A stretch of 64,000 nucleotides of DNA from NCBI RefSeq assembly GCF_963921235.1, contig NC_086110.1:37696001-37760000 (forward strand), read 5' to 3'. The notes below the pieces were generated by a model. It was not told the origin of the DNA. It did no database searches and saw only the letters and a program-made list of their open reading frames with translations. Source of the stretch: Mobula hypostoma (taxonomy: Eukaryota). Made by a program: the position numbers and the translations under genes. Each line of letters opens with the position of its first letter. The first letter of the stretch is position 1. Below, in pieces: positions 26,601 through 38,600 of this stretch.

Positions 26601-29600
26601 GGAGGAGATGCAGACAGTGGTAGCCTGTGTTGTTTATCCACATGCTGGACTGGAGGGGGGAGGAGGGGAGGTGTTGTTACTGAGCGAGAATTGGGTACCT
26701 TGGCACCTGGACTGGTGTGCTGAGGGGGGTTGTGAACAGAAGGGCAATTGTCAAACCTATAGAAGAATTGGTTTAACTCTGTATCCCATTCACGGCTGCA
26801 TTCCAGGGCTCTACAGCCAGGCTGATTGAAGCCAGTGATGTTCTTTATGCCTCTCCACACCCCCCATGTTCTACTCTGCCCAAGCTTGTTCTCCAGCTCG
26901 CTCCTGTATTCCTCTTTAGTCACCTTGATCTTCTCCTTTAGCTCCCTCTACACACGTTTCAATTCCTCCCTGTCTCCTGATCTAAAGGCTCTCTTTTTGT
27001 GGTTGAGAAGAGCCTTTAGCTCACTAGTGACCCATGGTTTGTTGTTAGGGAAGCAACAAACAGTCCTTGATGGTGTTACAGTGTCCACACAGAAGTTGAT
27101 ACAATTAGTGATGCAATCAGTAAGTCCGGTAGTGTCCTCCCCATATGGTTCACAAAGCACATTCCAGTTAGTTACCTGAAAGCAGCCCTTCAGGACCTCG
27201 AGGGCCTCTGGAGACCATTTCTTTACTACCTTGGTGGCAGCTAGCCGCTGCTGTGCTTTGGGCTTATGAGGTGAAACAGGCTGTGATCTGATCTTCCAAG
27301 TGGAGCTGTGTGTATCTTTAACGTTTCAATACAAGAGATCCAATGTTTTATTTTCTCTTGTATGACACTTGACAAACTGATCCAAGCTGGGTAGGATTGT
27401 CGAAGGAGAAACATGGTTGAAGTCTCTCCCGATACTGCAGTGAACGTATTGGGGTGTTGAGTCTGGAGCCTCGCGATGGTGGTGTCTATGACATCACACT
27501 GCGTCGGGAAGGCAGAATGTAGACAACCAGCAAAATGGTGTGGCTGAGCTCACGCAGCAGATAAAATGGATGCTATTTCACTGCAAGCAGTTCGATGTCC
27601 GGACTGCAGATACGTTCCTTCACAGAAATGTAACAGGGATTACACCATCTATTGTTCACAAACACAGCAAGCCTACCCCTCTTCCTCTTACCGCACTGTA
27701 GATTAACTCTGTCTGCTTGTATCATTGAAAACCCAGTCACAGTAGCATTGCACTCCGGGATTTGCTTGTGTAACCATCTCAGACGGTGTGTGCCATGCAA
27801 GGTGGCAGCACATTACAGTGGCTCCGTGACCATTAGGCATAGGAGCAGAATTAGGCCATTTGCCCGTTGAGTCTGCTCTGCCATTTTATCATGGCTGATC
27901 CATTTTTCCTCTCAGCTCCAATCTCCTTCCTTCTCCCTGTATCCCTTCATCACCAGACCAATCGACAATCTATCAATCTCTGCCTTAAATATCCATAAAG
28001 ACTTGGCCTCCTCAGCTGCCCGTGGCAATGAATTCCACAGACTCACCAATCTCTGGCTAAAAAAATTCCTACCTCACTTCCATTGTAAGAGGACTCCCTT
28101 CTACTGTGAGGCTGTGTCTTCTGGTCTTAGGTGCTCCCGCCATAGAAAACATCCTTTCTAAAATAAGGGGCGCAAAACTGCTCACAATACTCCAGGTGAG
28201 AACTCACCAGTGCCTTATAAAGTCTCAACATACCGACTGTTTTAGACAGCGCCCTATCCAATGAAGGCAAGTGTACCGTACTCTTTCACTATTTTGTCTA
28301 CCTGTGTTGCCACTTTCAGGAAACTGTGTGCTTGCACCCAAAGTCCTACAACACTCTCCAGGTCCCTGATATTTGCTGTGCAAGTCTGATCCTGATTTAG
28401 CTTCTTAAGATGCAACACTTTGCACTGTCTGAAATGATTACTTTTTCGTAAGTCTATATTGACTTCACCCAAACGCACACAACAAACCTTGGAAGAAGTT
28501 CAGGGAACAACGACTTAGTTGGATAGCATGAATGGCTTGTTGTTTGAGAAATGGCCGTGTTTAGAGGAATGTTAAGTGATTACGTAGAGGACTGACTGAG
28601 CTTGACAGGGAAGATTCTGAGAGATGATTCTCCTTGTGGGACAATCTGGAATTCAATAGCGCAGTGTTTGAATAAGTGATGACCTGTTTAAGAAGAAGAT
28701 GAGGAAAAGTTTCTTTTTTCCAAAGGGATGAAATCCTTGAAATTCTCTACCACAATGAGTGGTGAATATATTCAAGGTCAAACTACAAATTCTCATGTTT
28801 GTTATATGCAATATTTCTGAGGTTTACTAAATTCCCCTGAGAGAATCACACAGAGATTTTGCATTTATTTATCTAACCCTGTGAGGCAGTTGATCAAAGA
28901 GTGGCCCTTTTGCTTCAGGGTCAGATCGTTTTGGAATCAAGTCTTGATCCAGAGCTGAGCACCAAAATCGACCAATACGTTTGAGAGCTGTGCTGAAAGG
29001 GTGCTGCTGTGTGAGGAAAAACCGCCATCCGTTCTTTCAGGTGGACCTGATAGGGCGGCACGGTAGCATAGTGTTTAGCACAACGCTTTACAGTAGCAGC
29101 GACTCACATTCAATTCCCGTCGCTGCACGATCTCCCCGTGACTACGTGGGTTTCCACAGGGTGCTCTGGTTTCCTCCCACAGTCCAAAGATGTACTGGTT
29201 AGTAGGTTAATTGGTCATTGTAAATTGTCTTGTGATTAGGCTAAGGTTATATTGGGGGTTGCTGGGCAGTGTGGCTCGGAAGACCCCATTCCGCACTGTG
29301 ACTCCAAATAAATAAATAAATTATATATTTCGTATTATTAAATCAAAGAGAAGTGGGGAAGTTTCCTTGGATGTACTGGCTAATATTTGGTATGTCCTGA
29401 TCAGCATAAATAATGCCAGATAATTTGCTTTTAATTATGGGGATTTATTGTGTGCAAATTGGCTGTGATGTTTCTTCCAGTAATGACATCCATTTTAAGT
29501 ACTGGCTATTTGCACTATTTGTAACGTGTACCTCAAATGATCAAAACATACTGTGAAATGTGTCATTTTCATCAGTGCCAACTCAGCCCATGGATTGTGC

Positions 29601-32600
29601 TGGGGTGATCCCACTAATGTCACCACACTTCTGGTGCCACGATAACATGCCCACAACTCACCAGCCCTAACCATATATCTTCGCAATGAGGGAGGAGATC
29701 GGAGCGCCCAGGTAAACCCAGACCATCACAGAGCGAACATACAATCTCCTTACAGACAGTGGCAGATCTAATTGGCGATCACTGGCGCTGTACAATGATT
29801 GTTCTAACCCCTATGCTACCATGCACCATGGTTTAAAGTTCAAAGTACACTTAATATCAAAGTATGTATACATTATACAACCTTGAGATTTGTCTCCTTT
29901 CAGGCTGCCACAAAACAACCCATAAAAAAAAGACCATCAAACAGCCGGCGTGCAGAGAAAAATCAAATCACGCAAACTAATAAGAGTAAACAGAAAGTAT
30001 TCAGAGCGCAAGTGAGTCCGCAGACACAGACCCAGAGCATCCGTAGCAGGCCCAGTTCATCGCAGAGCTGTGTAACCATCGCGGAACAGCCAGCAGAATC
30101 GGCCTTACCATCTCTTCTGGTCCCGACACCCTGCCGTTTCAATCTGGCCTGGCTTTTAACTCATCCAAACATTGCTGCAGCACCCAGACCCTGTCACTTC
30201 GATACACTCCAGGCCTGGACCCCGCCACCACATTTTGGCCCGTACCTGACCTTTCCAAACTGGCCTGGCGCTTAGATCTATTAAACCACAGGTCTTCCCT
30301 GACTCTCGGTTTAGGTGGACAGGCCTTGATTTTTCCTCATCTCCGCTCGCCCTGACTTTGCCTCACCTCCGCTTCTTCAAATCTGCCTCAACCTCACTTC
30401 CACTTGCTTCGACACTCAACCCTTCCTCACCTCCACCCACCTCTCCGTTGTTTGTACTGATCGTTTACCATAAATGTTATGAGAAGGAGTGTTGTCAATA
30501 AAGCATTTGGTTGTATTTCCTGATGAAGGGTCTCGGCCCGGAATGCCGACTGTACTCTTTTTCCATAGGTGCTGCCTGACCTGTTGGGTTCCTCCAGCAT
30601 TTTGTAGGTGTTGTTTGGATTTCCAGCATCTGCAGGCTTTCTCTTGTCTGTAGTTGTGTTTTTTGTTTTGTTTGCCACCAACAAGTAGTCGCTGGGCCTC
30701 ACCAGCGACTTCTTAAACTGGAAATTATAGAGTGCTGTATAAGTTACATTTCTTCAATACTTTTATGTTCTTAAATAACATTCCTCATAGGTGTTGATGA
30801 CGATATTGAATATTTTCCAACACAAATGAAGTGCAAAGACTGGGCACTGCAGGCTATTGAAGAAGGGCGCCGCACTATAGTTAATTACATCAGTCCAAAC
30901 ATCCATCCGCTCCTAAATATTTTAACAGAGAAGAAAATAATCTCTGAGAATGATCAGAGTGATATAAAAGCTAAGCTAGACGTCGATAAAGGCCGGACTC
31001 TTCTGGACATAGTGAGCCACAGAGGGCAGCGGGCTTGTGTTCAATTTTTCAATGTCGTACAGAATACTGATGATCTTTATCCTGGCATCAGAAAGTACCT
31101 AACATCACTTTTGGAATCCTACACTGAGAAAGATGACAGACCTGTTTTTGATCTCCTCTGTGAAGGCAGACCAACGAGTTTATTTCAGGTCAACAACGAA
31201 AAATCCGAAATAATCAATATTCCTGAAGGTAAGTGTGCTTACATATTTAGAATTAATGGACATTTCTGTATTTAACAATAATGAATCATGAAAAGCTTGA
31301 ACCCATCTCTTTGCAAATTCCATAATAATATATCAAAGTACTGTGACGCAGATATGCTCTGTCACAGTACTTTGGTATATAGCTGGTTGAGGTGAGTACT
31401 TGACGGCTTGAAGCCCTCACACATTAAAAAAAGATGAAAATTATCCCTCCATGGGACTATTCAGTTAAAAGGCCTCCAAACATAGCCCTCAACCTAAGGA
31501 CATAATTTCTCTTGAAGTATTCTGTTCTCCATTTTGAATTTAGTTCATCATGTAGGCAAAGTCATCTAGTCACCATCAGCAATCTTCCAGCCACCTCCAC
31601 GGTCAATGGTACATGTACATTAGGTAGTTTTGTCAAATCCCCAGCTCCAAGCAAAGCACTTTTACAGTTTTATTCAGTTTAAATAACATTCCTCAGGAAT
31701 TTCTGGATTGGATTAGCTGGAAGTTGTGTAGTTGTTCAATATAATTTGATAAGAAATGTGTATTTGTGCAAAGTGCTTCTGAATGAATAGGCTCATTGAG
31801 TAAAGGACCTCTCTCACATTCCCTTACAATGTCCCAGGTTTATCTGCACATACTTCACACAGTGAATAATTCATGTGCCATTGTTGCCTCACTTTTATTG
31901 AATATAAAGGTGATTTGTAGAACAATTTTACACCAGATTTTTGCAGAATTTATACCTAAAATGTACCCAAGATTGTATTCTAGCAACGATTAGATTTTTA
32001 TTTTTTCCTTAGTATTCCTGTGAATTTAGGAGAAGTTAATTGTTTTTCAAATAGAGCTACACCTTAACAATATGTGATACCAAGAATCCAATTTGCGATT
32101 GAGTTTACTGATAGGCTCTGCCTACCATATTTGTGGAAAGGAGTATATTACTGTTTGAACAATATTGTTGTCTACCTTCATATCATTCTAGAAGTAGTAT
32201 TTAAACTCTATTGAACATGTTTTGTATTGTCTTACTTACGTGTAATAGAGCTTCTAGTACTTATATTCCAATGATCTACCTTCTGTATAAGACTTCATTC
32301 TTGCAAGGCATCACCTCACAGCAAATGTTATCCCATCATTACAGTTACAATGTTCATTGTAAATCAACCTCACAGATATGAAAGGTTTGATTTAATTTCA
32401 AACATAAGAGATTCTGCAAATACTAAAAATCCAGAGTAACGCACAAAATGCTAGAGGAACTCAGCAGGTCAGGCATCATCTATGAACAAAAATGAAGAGT
32501 CAACATTCAGCCAAAGACCCTTGAAAGGTCCTGGTGCCCTGTTGAAAGGTTTTGGCCCGAAACATCATCTCTTTATTCCACTGCATAGATGCTGCCTGAC

Positions 32601-35600
32601 TTGCTGAATTCCTCCAGCATTTTTCATGTGTTACTTTAGTTTAATTTTTATGATTTGTGTTCTAGTATGTGCCCATTTTATTACTGTATCTTATACATTA
32701 TGTTTTATTACTCACTTTGGATGCTGCATTCATTCTAATGTTCTGTCTTTTGTAATTATAGAAATCCTTAAAGCAACTGATAATCACAAGAGCATATTGA
32801 GAGCTCAGATGGAGAGAATAAAACCATACTTTGCATTTGATAACTCTAGTCCATTGCTGCAGGAGCATTTTACCAGCCTGGTCATTCTCAATGTCCAAGA
32901 AAGGAACAAAACTGAACATGAGCTGCTCCAGCACAGAGACTATACAGCCTGCGAGTATACAGATTTGCAGGAGCTTCTTTCCCCATCTGCACCAGGGAAG
33001 CCACCACCACGAATCACACTCGTGCAGGGAGTGGCAGGTATAGGAAAAAGCATTATGATGCAGAAGCTCGCCTACAGTTGGGCATGTGGAACAGGTTACA
33101 CTAGATTTTATATGTTGCTGTATTTCAGTTTCCGAGAGTTAAACACAATCACTGAGAAAATCAGTCTGACCGAGCTTATTATACGTAGTTATCCTCATTT
33201 GACTGTATTATGCAAAAAACTCCTGCAATTTCCAGCTGGAATTCTATTTTTGCTTGATGGATTGGATGAATTCAAATGGCCTCTTGATTTTAATGTTCAT
33301 TCAGTTGATAACCCGTCCGTTTCTGAACACATTAACCACTTGATTGTAAGCTTCATCAAGGGAGATCTCCTGCGTGACTCAACTGTTCTTATCACATCCC
33401 GCCCAACCTCAATTGATTTAGACCACAAAACCTATTTTAATCGGTGTGCTGAAATTTTAGGGTTTTCCAGGAATGAAATTGCAAAATACTTTGAGAAGTG
33501 CCTCAAGAATAAAACATTTGCTGATCATGTCTTCCAGACTGTGAAGAACATTGACTCCTTGTATGGGCTCTGTTACGTCCCTGCGTTTTGTGACATTTTG
33601 TGCTTCTATCTCCGTAAATCATTTCACTCTAAAGGCAAATGGTCCAATCTGTCTTCATTTCCAAAAACGATCACAGATTTATTCCTTCGTTTCACCAAGT
33701 GTTTACTTGTCTGTACCGGTGGTGAGGAAGAAGACCCTGAGTCCTTCTGCATAGAAGCTGATGAAGACAAGAATGAAATTATTAACTTGGCACAACTTGC
33801 ATGGGATGGAGTCATCAATAAAACAATAATATTTTCATCTAAAGACGTTGAAAAAAACATCTCTCAAAAGGCCAAAGTAATAAAATCCTTCTGGAAAAAA
33901 ATCCTCACTAAAGAGAGCCTACAAATGATGCATTCTCATATTTGGCAGTTTTTCCATCTGACTCATCAAGAGTTTTTTGCAGCACTCTATTGTATTTCTG
34001 GTGTGGATCATGTGCACAAGGCCTTCAGCTCAAAGGGCAGCACTTTTGAGATTGTGCTGAGGTTCACTGCTGGCTTGGTCTCTCGCAGCAACAGAAAACT
34101 TGTCCAACAGTTGGTGCCTGAACACCAGGTCAAAGAAAGAGAAGTCTTTGCAGCTATTGAAAATGCTGCTGCTGTTGACATTCCAAAAGAAGACAAGCTA
34201 ACTCCTGAAAATATCAAAAAATATACAGCACACAAAAGACAAAAACTAACAGCCTCTCATTGTCTGTATGAAGCAGCAAATGAAGATCTAACAAAATCAG
34301 TTGCTTCCCAAACAAGTGACTGTGTGAATTTTTCTTACATCACTTTGAATGTGACTGACTGCACTGTGATTGCAAACCTCCTTTCCCATCACACAACTAT
34401 TGAAACACTCGAACTGGATGGGTGCAAAGCTGGAGCTGCTGGTTTCCAAAGACTGAAGTCTATTTTTTCCAGAATCAAAACACTGAGGTAATGAAATAGA
34501 ACATAGAAATCTACAGCACATTACAGGCCCTTCGGTCCACAATGATGTGCCGACCACGTAACCAACTCTAGAAACTGCCTAGAATTTCCCTAGCGCATAG
34601 CCCTCTATTTTTCTAAGCCTATCTAAGAAACTATTAAAAGATCCTATTGTATCCGCTTCCATCGCCACCGCCGACAGTGCATTCCACACACCCACAAGTC
34701 TCTGTGTGAAAAACCTCTGACATCCCCTTGGTCCCTATTTCCAAGCACCTTAAAACTATGCCCTCTCATGTTAGCCATTTAAGCCCTGGGAAAAAGCCTC
34801 TTGCTATCCACACGATCAATGCCCCTCATCATCTTATATACATCTATCAGGTCACCTCTCATCCTTCGTGGCACAAAGGAGAAAAGGCCAAGTTCACTCA
34901 ACCTATTCTTATAAGGTACGCCCTCCAATCCAGGAAACATCCTTGTAAATCTCCTCTGCACTCTCCCTATATTATCTGCATCCTTCCTGTAGTGAGGTGA
35001 CCAGAACTGAACACAGTACTCCAAGTGGGATCTGACTAAGGTCTTGTATAGCTATAACGTTACTTCTCGGCTCTTGAACTCAATCACACGGTTGATGAAT
35101 GCCAACACACCATATGCCTTCTTAACAATAATGTCAGCCTGCACAGCAGCTTTGAGTGTCCTTTCAACACAGACCCCAAGATCTCTCAGATCCTCCGCAC
35201 TGCCAAGAGTCTTACCATTAATACTATATTCTGTCTTCAAATTTGACCTACCAAAATGAACCACCTCACACTTATCTAGGTTGAAGTCCATTTGTCACTT
35301 CTTTGCCCAGTTCTGCATCCTATCGATATTTCATTGTAACCTCTGACAACCCTCCAGACTATCCACAACACCCCAACCTTTGTGTCATCGACACACTTAC
35401 TAACCCACCCCTCTACTGCTTCATCCAGGTCATTTATAAAAATCACAAAGAAGAGGGATCCCAGAACAGATCCCTGCAGAACACCAACCTCCATGCAGAA
35501 TACGAACCATCTACAACCACCCTTTGCCTTCTGTGGGCAAGCCAATTCTGGATCCCGAAAAAAAGGTCTCCTTGGATGCCATGCCTCCTTAGTTTCTGAA

Positions 35601-38600
35601 GGAGCCTTGCATGGGGAACCTTTATCAAATGCCTTACTGAAATCCATATACACTACATCCACTGCTCTACCTTCATCAATGTGTTTTGTTACATCCTTAA
35701 AGAATTAAATCAGGCTTGCAAGGCACAACCTGCCCTTGACAAAGCCATGATGACTATCCCTAATCAGATTACGTCTCTCCAAATGCTCATAAATCCTGCC
35801 TCTCAGGATCTTCTTTAACAACTTGCCCACCACTGAAATCAGTCTGACTGGTCTATAATTTCCTGGATTATCTCTACTCCCTTTCTTGAACAAGGGAACA
35901 ACATTTGCTATCCTCCAATCCTTCAGTACTTCTCCCATCCCTATTGACGACGCAAAGATCACCTCCAGAGGCTCAGCAATCTCCTCCCTCGCTTCCCACA
36001 GTAGCCTGGAGTATACCTCATCCAGTCCCGGTGACTTATCTAACTTAATGTTTTTCAAAAGCTCCAGCACATCCTCTTTCTTAATGTCTGTACGCTCAAG
36101 CATTTCAGTCATCCCCACAATTGCCAAGGTCTTTTTCCCTGGTGAATACTGAAGCAAAGTATTCAATAGGTACCTCCGCTACCTCCTTCGACTCTGTGCA
36201 CATGTTTCCACTATCACTCCTGATTGGTCCTATTCCCACACGGCTCATCCTCCTGCTCTTCACATACTTGCAGAATGCCTTGGGGTTTTCCTTAATCCTG
36301 TTCACCAAGGTCTTTTCATGTACCCTTCTAGCTCTCCTAATTTCATTCTTAAGCTCCTTCCTAGCAACCTTGGAATTTTCTGGAGCCATAACAGTACCTA
36401 GTTTCTTGAACATTTTGTAAGCTTTTATTTTCTTAACTGGATTTTCTACATACATTGTACACCATGGTTCTTTAACTCTACCATTCTTTCCCTGCCTCAA
36501 TGGAACATACCTATGCAGAACTCCATGCAAATGTTCCCTGAACATTTGCCACATTTCTGCCATGCATTTCCCTGAGAACATCTGCTCCCAATTTATGCTC
36601 CCAAGTTCCTGCCTAATAGCATCATATTTCCCCCTAACCCAATTAAATATTTCCCCAAATTGTCTGTTCCTATCCATCTCTAGCGCTATGATGAAGGAGA
36701 TAAGTTGTGGTCACTACCTCCAAACTGCTCTCCCACTGAGAGATCTGACACCTGACCAGGTTCATTTTCCAATGCCAGATCAATTACAGCCTCTCCTCTA
36801 GGTGGCTTATCTACATATTGCATCAGGAAATCTTCCTGAACACACCTTACAAACCACCCCATCCAAATCCCTTACGCCAAGGAGATGCCAATCAATATTA
36901 GGAAAGTTAAAATCACCCAGTGAGGTTGGTTGCTCATCCTGATATGCCTAGATGATTCCATTACTCCTATAGACAATTCTTAAATAATGTCAGTGACCCA
37001 GCTTCAACCACTCTCTCAGGCTCTGCTTTCCAGGTACTTACCACTCCTTGGGTGAAGGCAGTCCCTTCATAACCCCTCCAAAACCTTTCTCCCATACCCT
37101 AAATCTTCTATGTCCTAAAAACCCTCATATACCTTATGCCCCTAGTTATAAAAATTACCCTATCTACACTCTTCAGAATTTAAATAAAAACTCAACCAAA
37201 TCTCCTTTTATCCTCTTCTGCTCCAGGAAGATGAATAGTGAGCAAGAAGAAATAATTTATGATCTTTAGTTTATGGGGAAATACTAGCAAAACATCAATA
37301 GCATGATTATAACTCAGTAAATGAATAATTCATTGCTTGAAAAATGCAGATACAAGGAGAGCAAAAGATTATTATTGCAGCACACACCAAATGCTGGAGG
37401 AACTCAGCAGGCCAGGAAGCATTGTGGAAAAGAGTCAACAGTCGATATTTCAGGCCGAGACCCTTCATCAGGGCAAAAGATAATTATTGCTTTGTTTTTA
37501 CAGTTTAGAGGGAAACATGCTAGAAGATGAAGGAGCAGAGATTATTGCTGATGCTCTCAAAAATGAAACGTGTAGAATAGAAACCTTAAGGTAAAACTTC
37601 CAATTCTTTACACATTTATGCACAATATTGAGAAGTATTGTTTTATTTGAAGTTGTACACTAGTAACATTAAGATTAAGCAAGAAGTTTCAGAAGTATAA
37701 ATTCAATGAATGTAGAATGAAAACCAATAGGGTTAAAGTTTCTCAGCTTCATTCTAACAAGGTCACTCGTACATTGTCTCAAGGCTGTGGCCTCGTAAAC
37801 ATGGATTTAAAATCCTTTACTTTATATATCTTAGAAACCTGAAAAGGCACAATTTATTCACTCTGACCAGTTGGCATCCTTTTGTGTTAACCCCATCACC
37901 CAGCTCTTGGTTCAGAGCTCCTCTGTGCCTAGGTGATGCAAGACATCCAGACGTTCATTGGGACATTTCTTAGATGCTCTCAGCAAACCAGCTTTAACCA
38001 CTTCCGGTGCATTTCAGGCACTTTACCATCTCTTCCCTTTACCCTCTCTTCCCTTTACCCTCAACCTGCATTATCTAGTTTATCTACTCTGATATGGAGA
38101 GAAGTTTTCTGCAGTCTACCTTACCCATTTCCCATTTAATTATATGCATTTTAGTCACGTCTCCTCTTAACCTTCTCTGCTCCATGACAGGGATCATCCT
38201 GGTGAATCTCCTTTACAATTAATTCTCTAAATCTATCTGGTAATTAATTCTGAGCTATATAACATATAAATTGTGTACACATATTGTATATTACTGTCAT
38301 GAACTCTTAGGACCAGTGCATGGCATCGGAGGACATCAAGCCTCGGTGCTCCAATGCACCCAAGCATCAGTGATTTGTTTTAACTAAAACTTGTTGAGTA
38401 ATTGGTTTAATCATTAAGTTTCCCTTGTGCTTTCATGCCACTTATTTTTTTGAATGTGGGTTCCTCGTACATCCTGTTTTTAGTTTGTTGTGTTTTAATT
38501 TTGATATGCATGGGGTTTCCGTGCTATATGCATTATTTAAGTTAGTCATGAATAGCGTTCATCACTGAGTCCTGAAGTTGGAGTAGGAACGAACTAACGT

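Noticed and set aside
29883-30275. 130-aa ORF just upstream of the CARD exon, considered as a missing linker exon
   Set aside because: Appears to lie in repeat-derived sequence, has no domain signature and no convincing splice-site pair.
30826-30828. ATG as the start of an independent CARD-NACHT-LRR gene
   Set aside because: Not excluded but disfavoured: weak Kozak context, open in-frame sequence back to a phase-1 acceptor, and no identifiable upstream first exon.
32626-32761. N-terminal 45 hydrophobic residues of the 621-aa NACHT ORF, which look like a signal or TM segment
   Set aside because: This is the T-rich polypyrimidine end of the intron, upstream of the acceptor at 32761.
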